From Mizuhopecten yessoensis (lineage: Eukaryota), in the NCBI RefSeq assembly GCF_002113885.1, contig NW_018408907.1, positions 647,907 through 711,906 of the forward strand: DNA of 64,000 nucleotides, given 5' to 3'. The notes beneath the pieces were generated by a model, which did no database searches, was not told the origin of the DNA, and saw only the letters and a program-made list of their open reading frames with translations. How positions within the stretch are numbered: position 1 is the first letter of the stretch; every line of letters begins with the position of its first letter. This document shows, piece after piece, positions 63,850-64,000 of the stretch. Made by a program: the position numbers and the translations under genes.

Positions 63850-63852
63850 TAT

Positions 63853-64000
63853 AACAAGAGGCCTAATGGGCCTGCATCGCTCACCTGGTATTAATCTCAC
63901 ACTTAATCTTAAAAGTGGACTCAAATACAGATACAGTTAGAATATCAGTGTTTGATTCATAAGAACATATTAAAATATTTAAAGATATGACGCCTGTGAC
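63853..64000. mobile_element. Terminus of a non-autonomous Helentron/HINE-type element
   Basis: AACAAGAGGCCTAATGGGCCTGCATCGCTCACCTG, with a short AGGCC/GGCCT hairpin, resembles the end of bivalve Helentron-derived repeats. Confidence 0.65.

Overview
AT-rich eukaryotic genomic DNA, most likely from a bivalve mollusc. That assignment is inferred from Meta-, V- and CORE-type SINEs, a Helentron-type terminus and the Penelope-like elements. No complete protein-coding gene is present. Most ORF-track entries are artefacts of tandem repeats, the N-gap (29539-30301) or chance. The window holds three decayed LINEs and a Neptune-type Penelope-like element (PLE) with GIY-YIG endonuclease, a minimal hammerhead ribozyme and a snap-back hairpin at its 5' truncation. 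It also has older PLE remnants, several SINEs, many MITEs (Kolobok-, piggyBac-, Harbinger-, Tc1/mariner- and MULE-like) and about ten minisatellites, one with an internal inversion joined by palindromes. A probable promoter and first coding exon of a minus-strand gene lies near 11.8 kb, and a 1.09-kb duplication around a single N is probably an assembly artefact. The two most striking observations are (1) three 24-35 bp CACGG...CCGTG inserts, each flanked by its own 7-bp target duplication, which look like P-element-type excision footprints, and (2) a tRNA-containing LTR preceded by a polypurine tract. Coordinates were counted by eye and may be off by a few bases; family names are by motif recognition, not database search.
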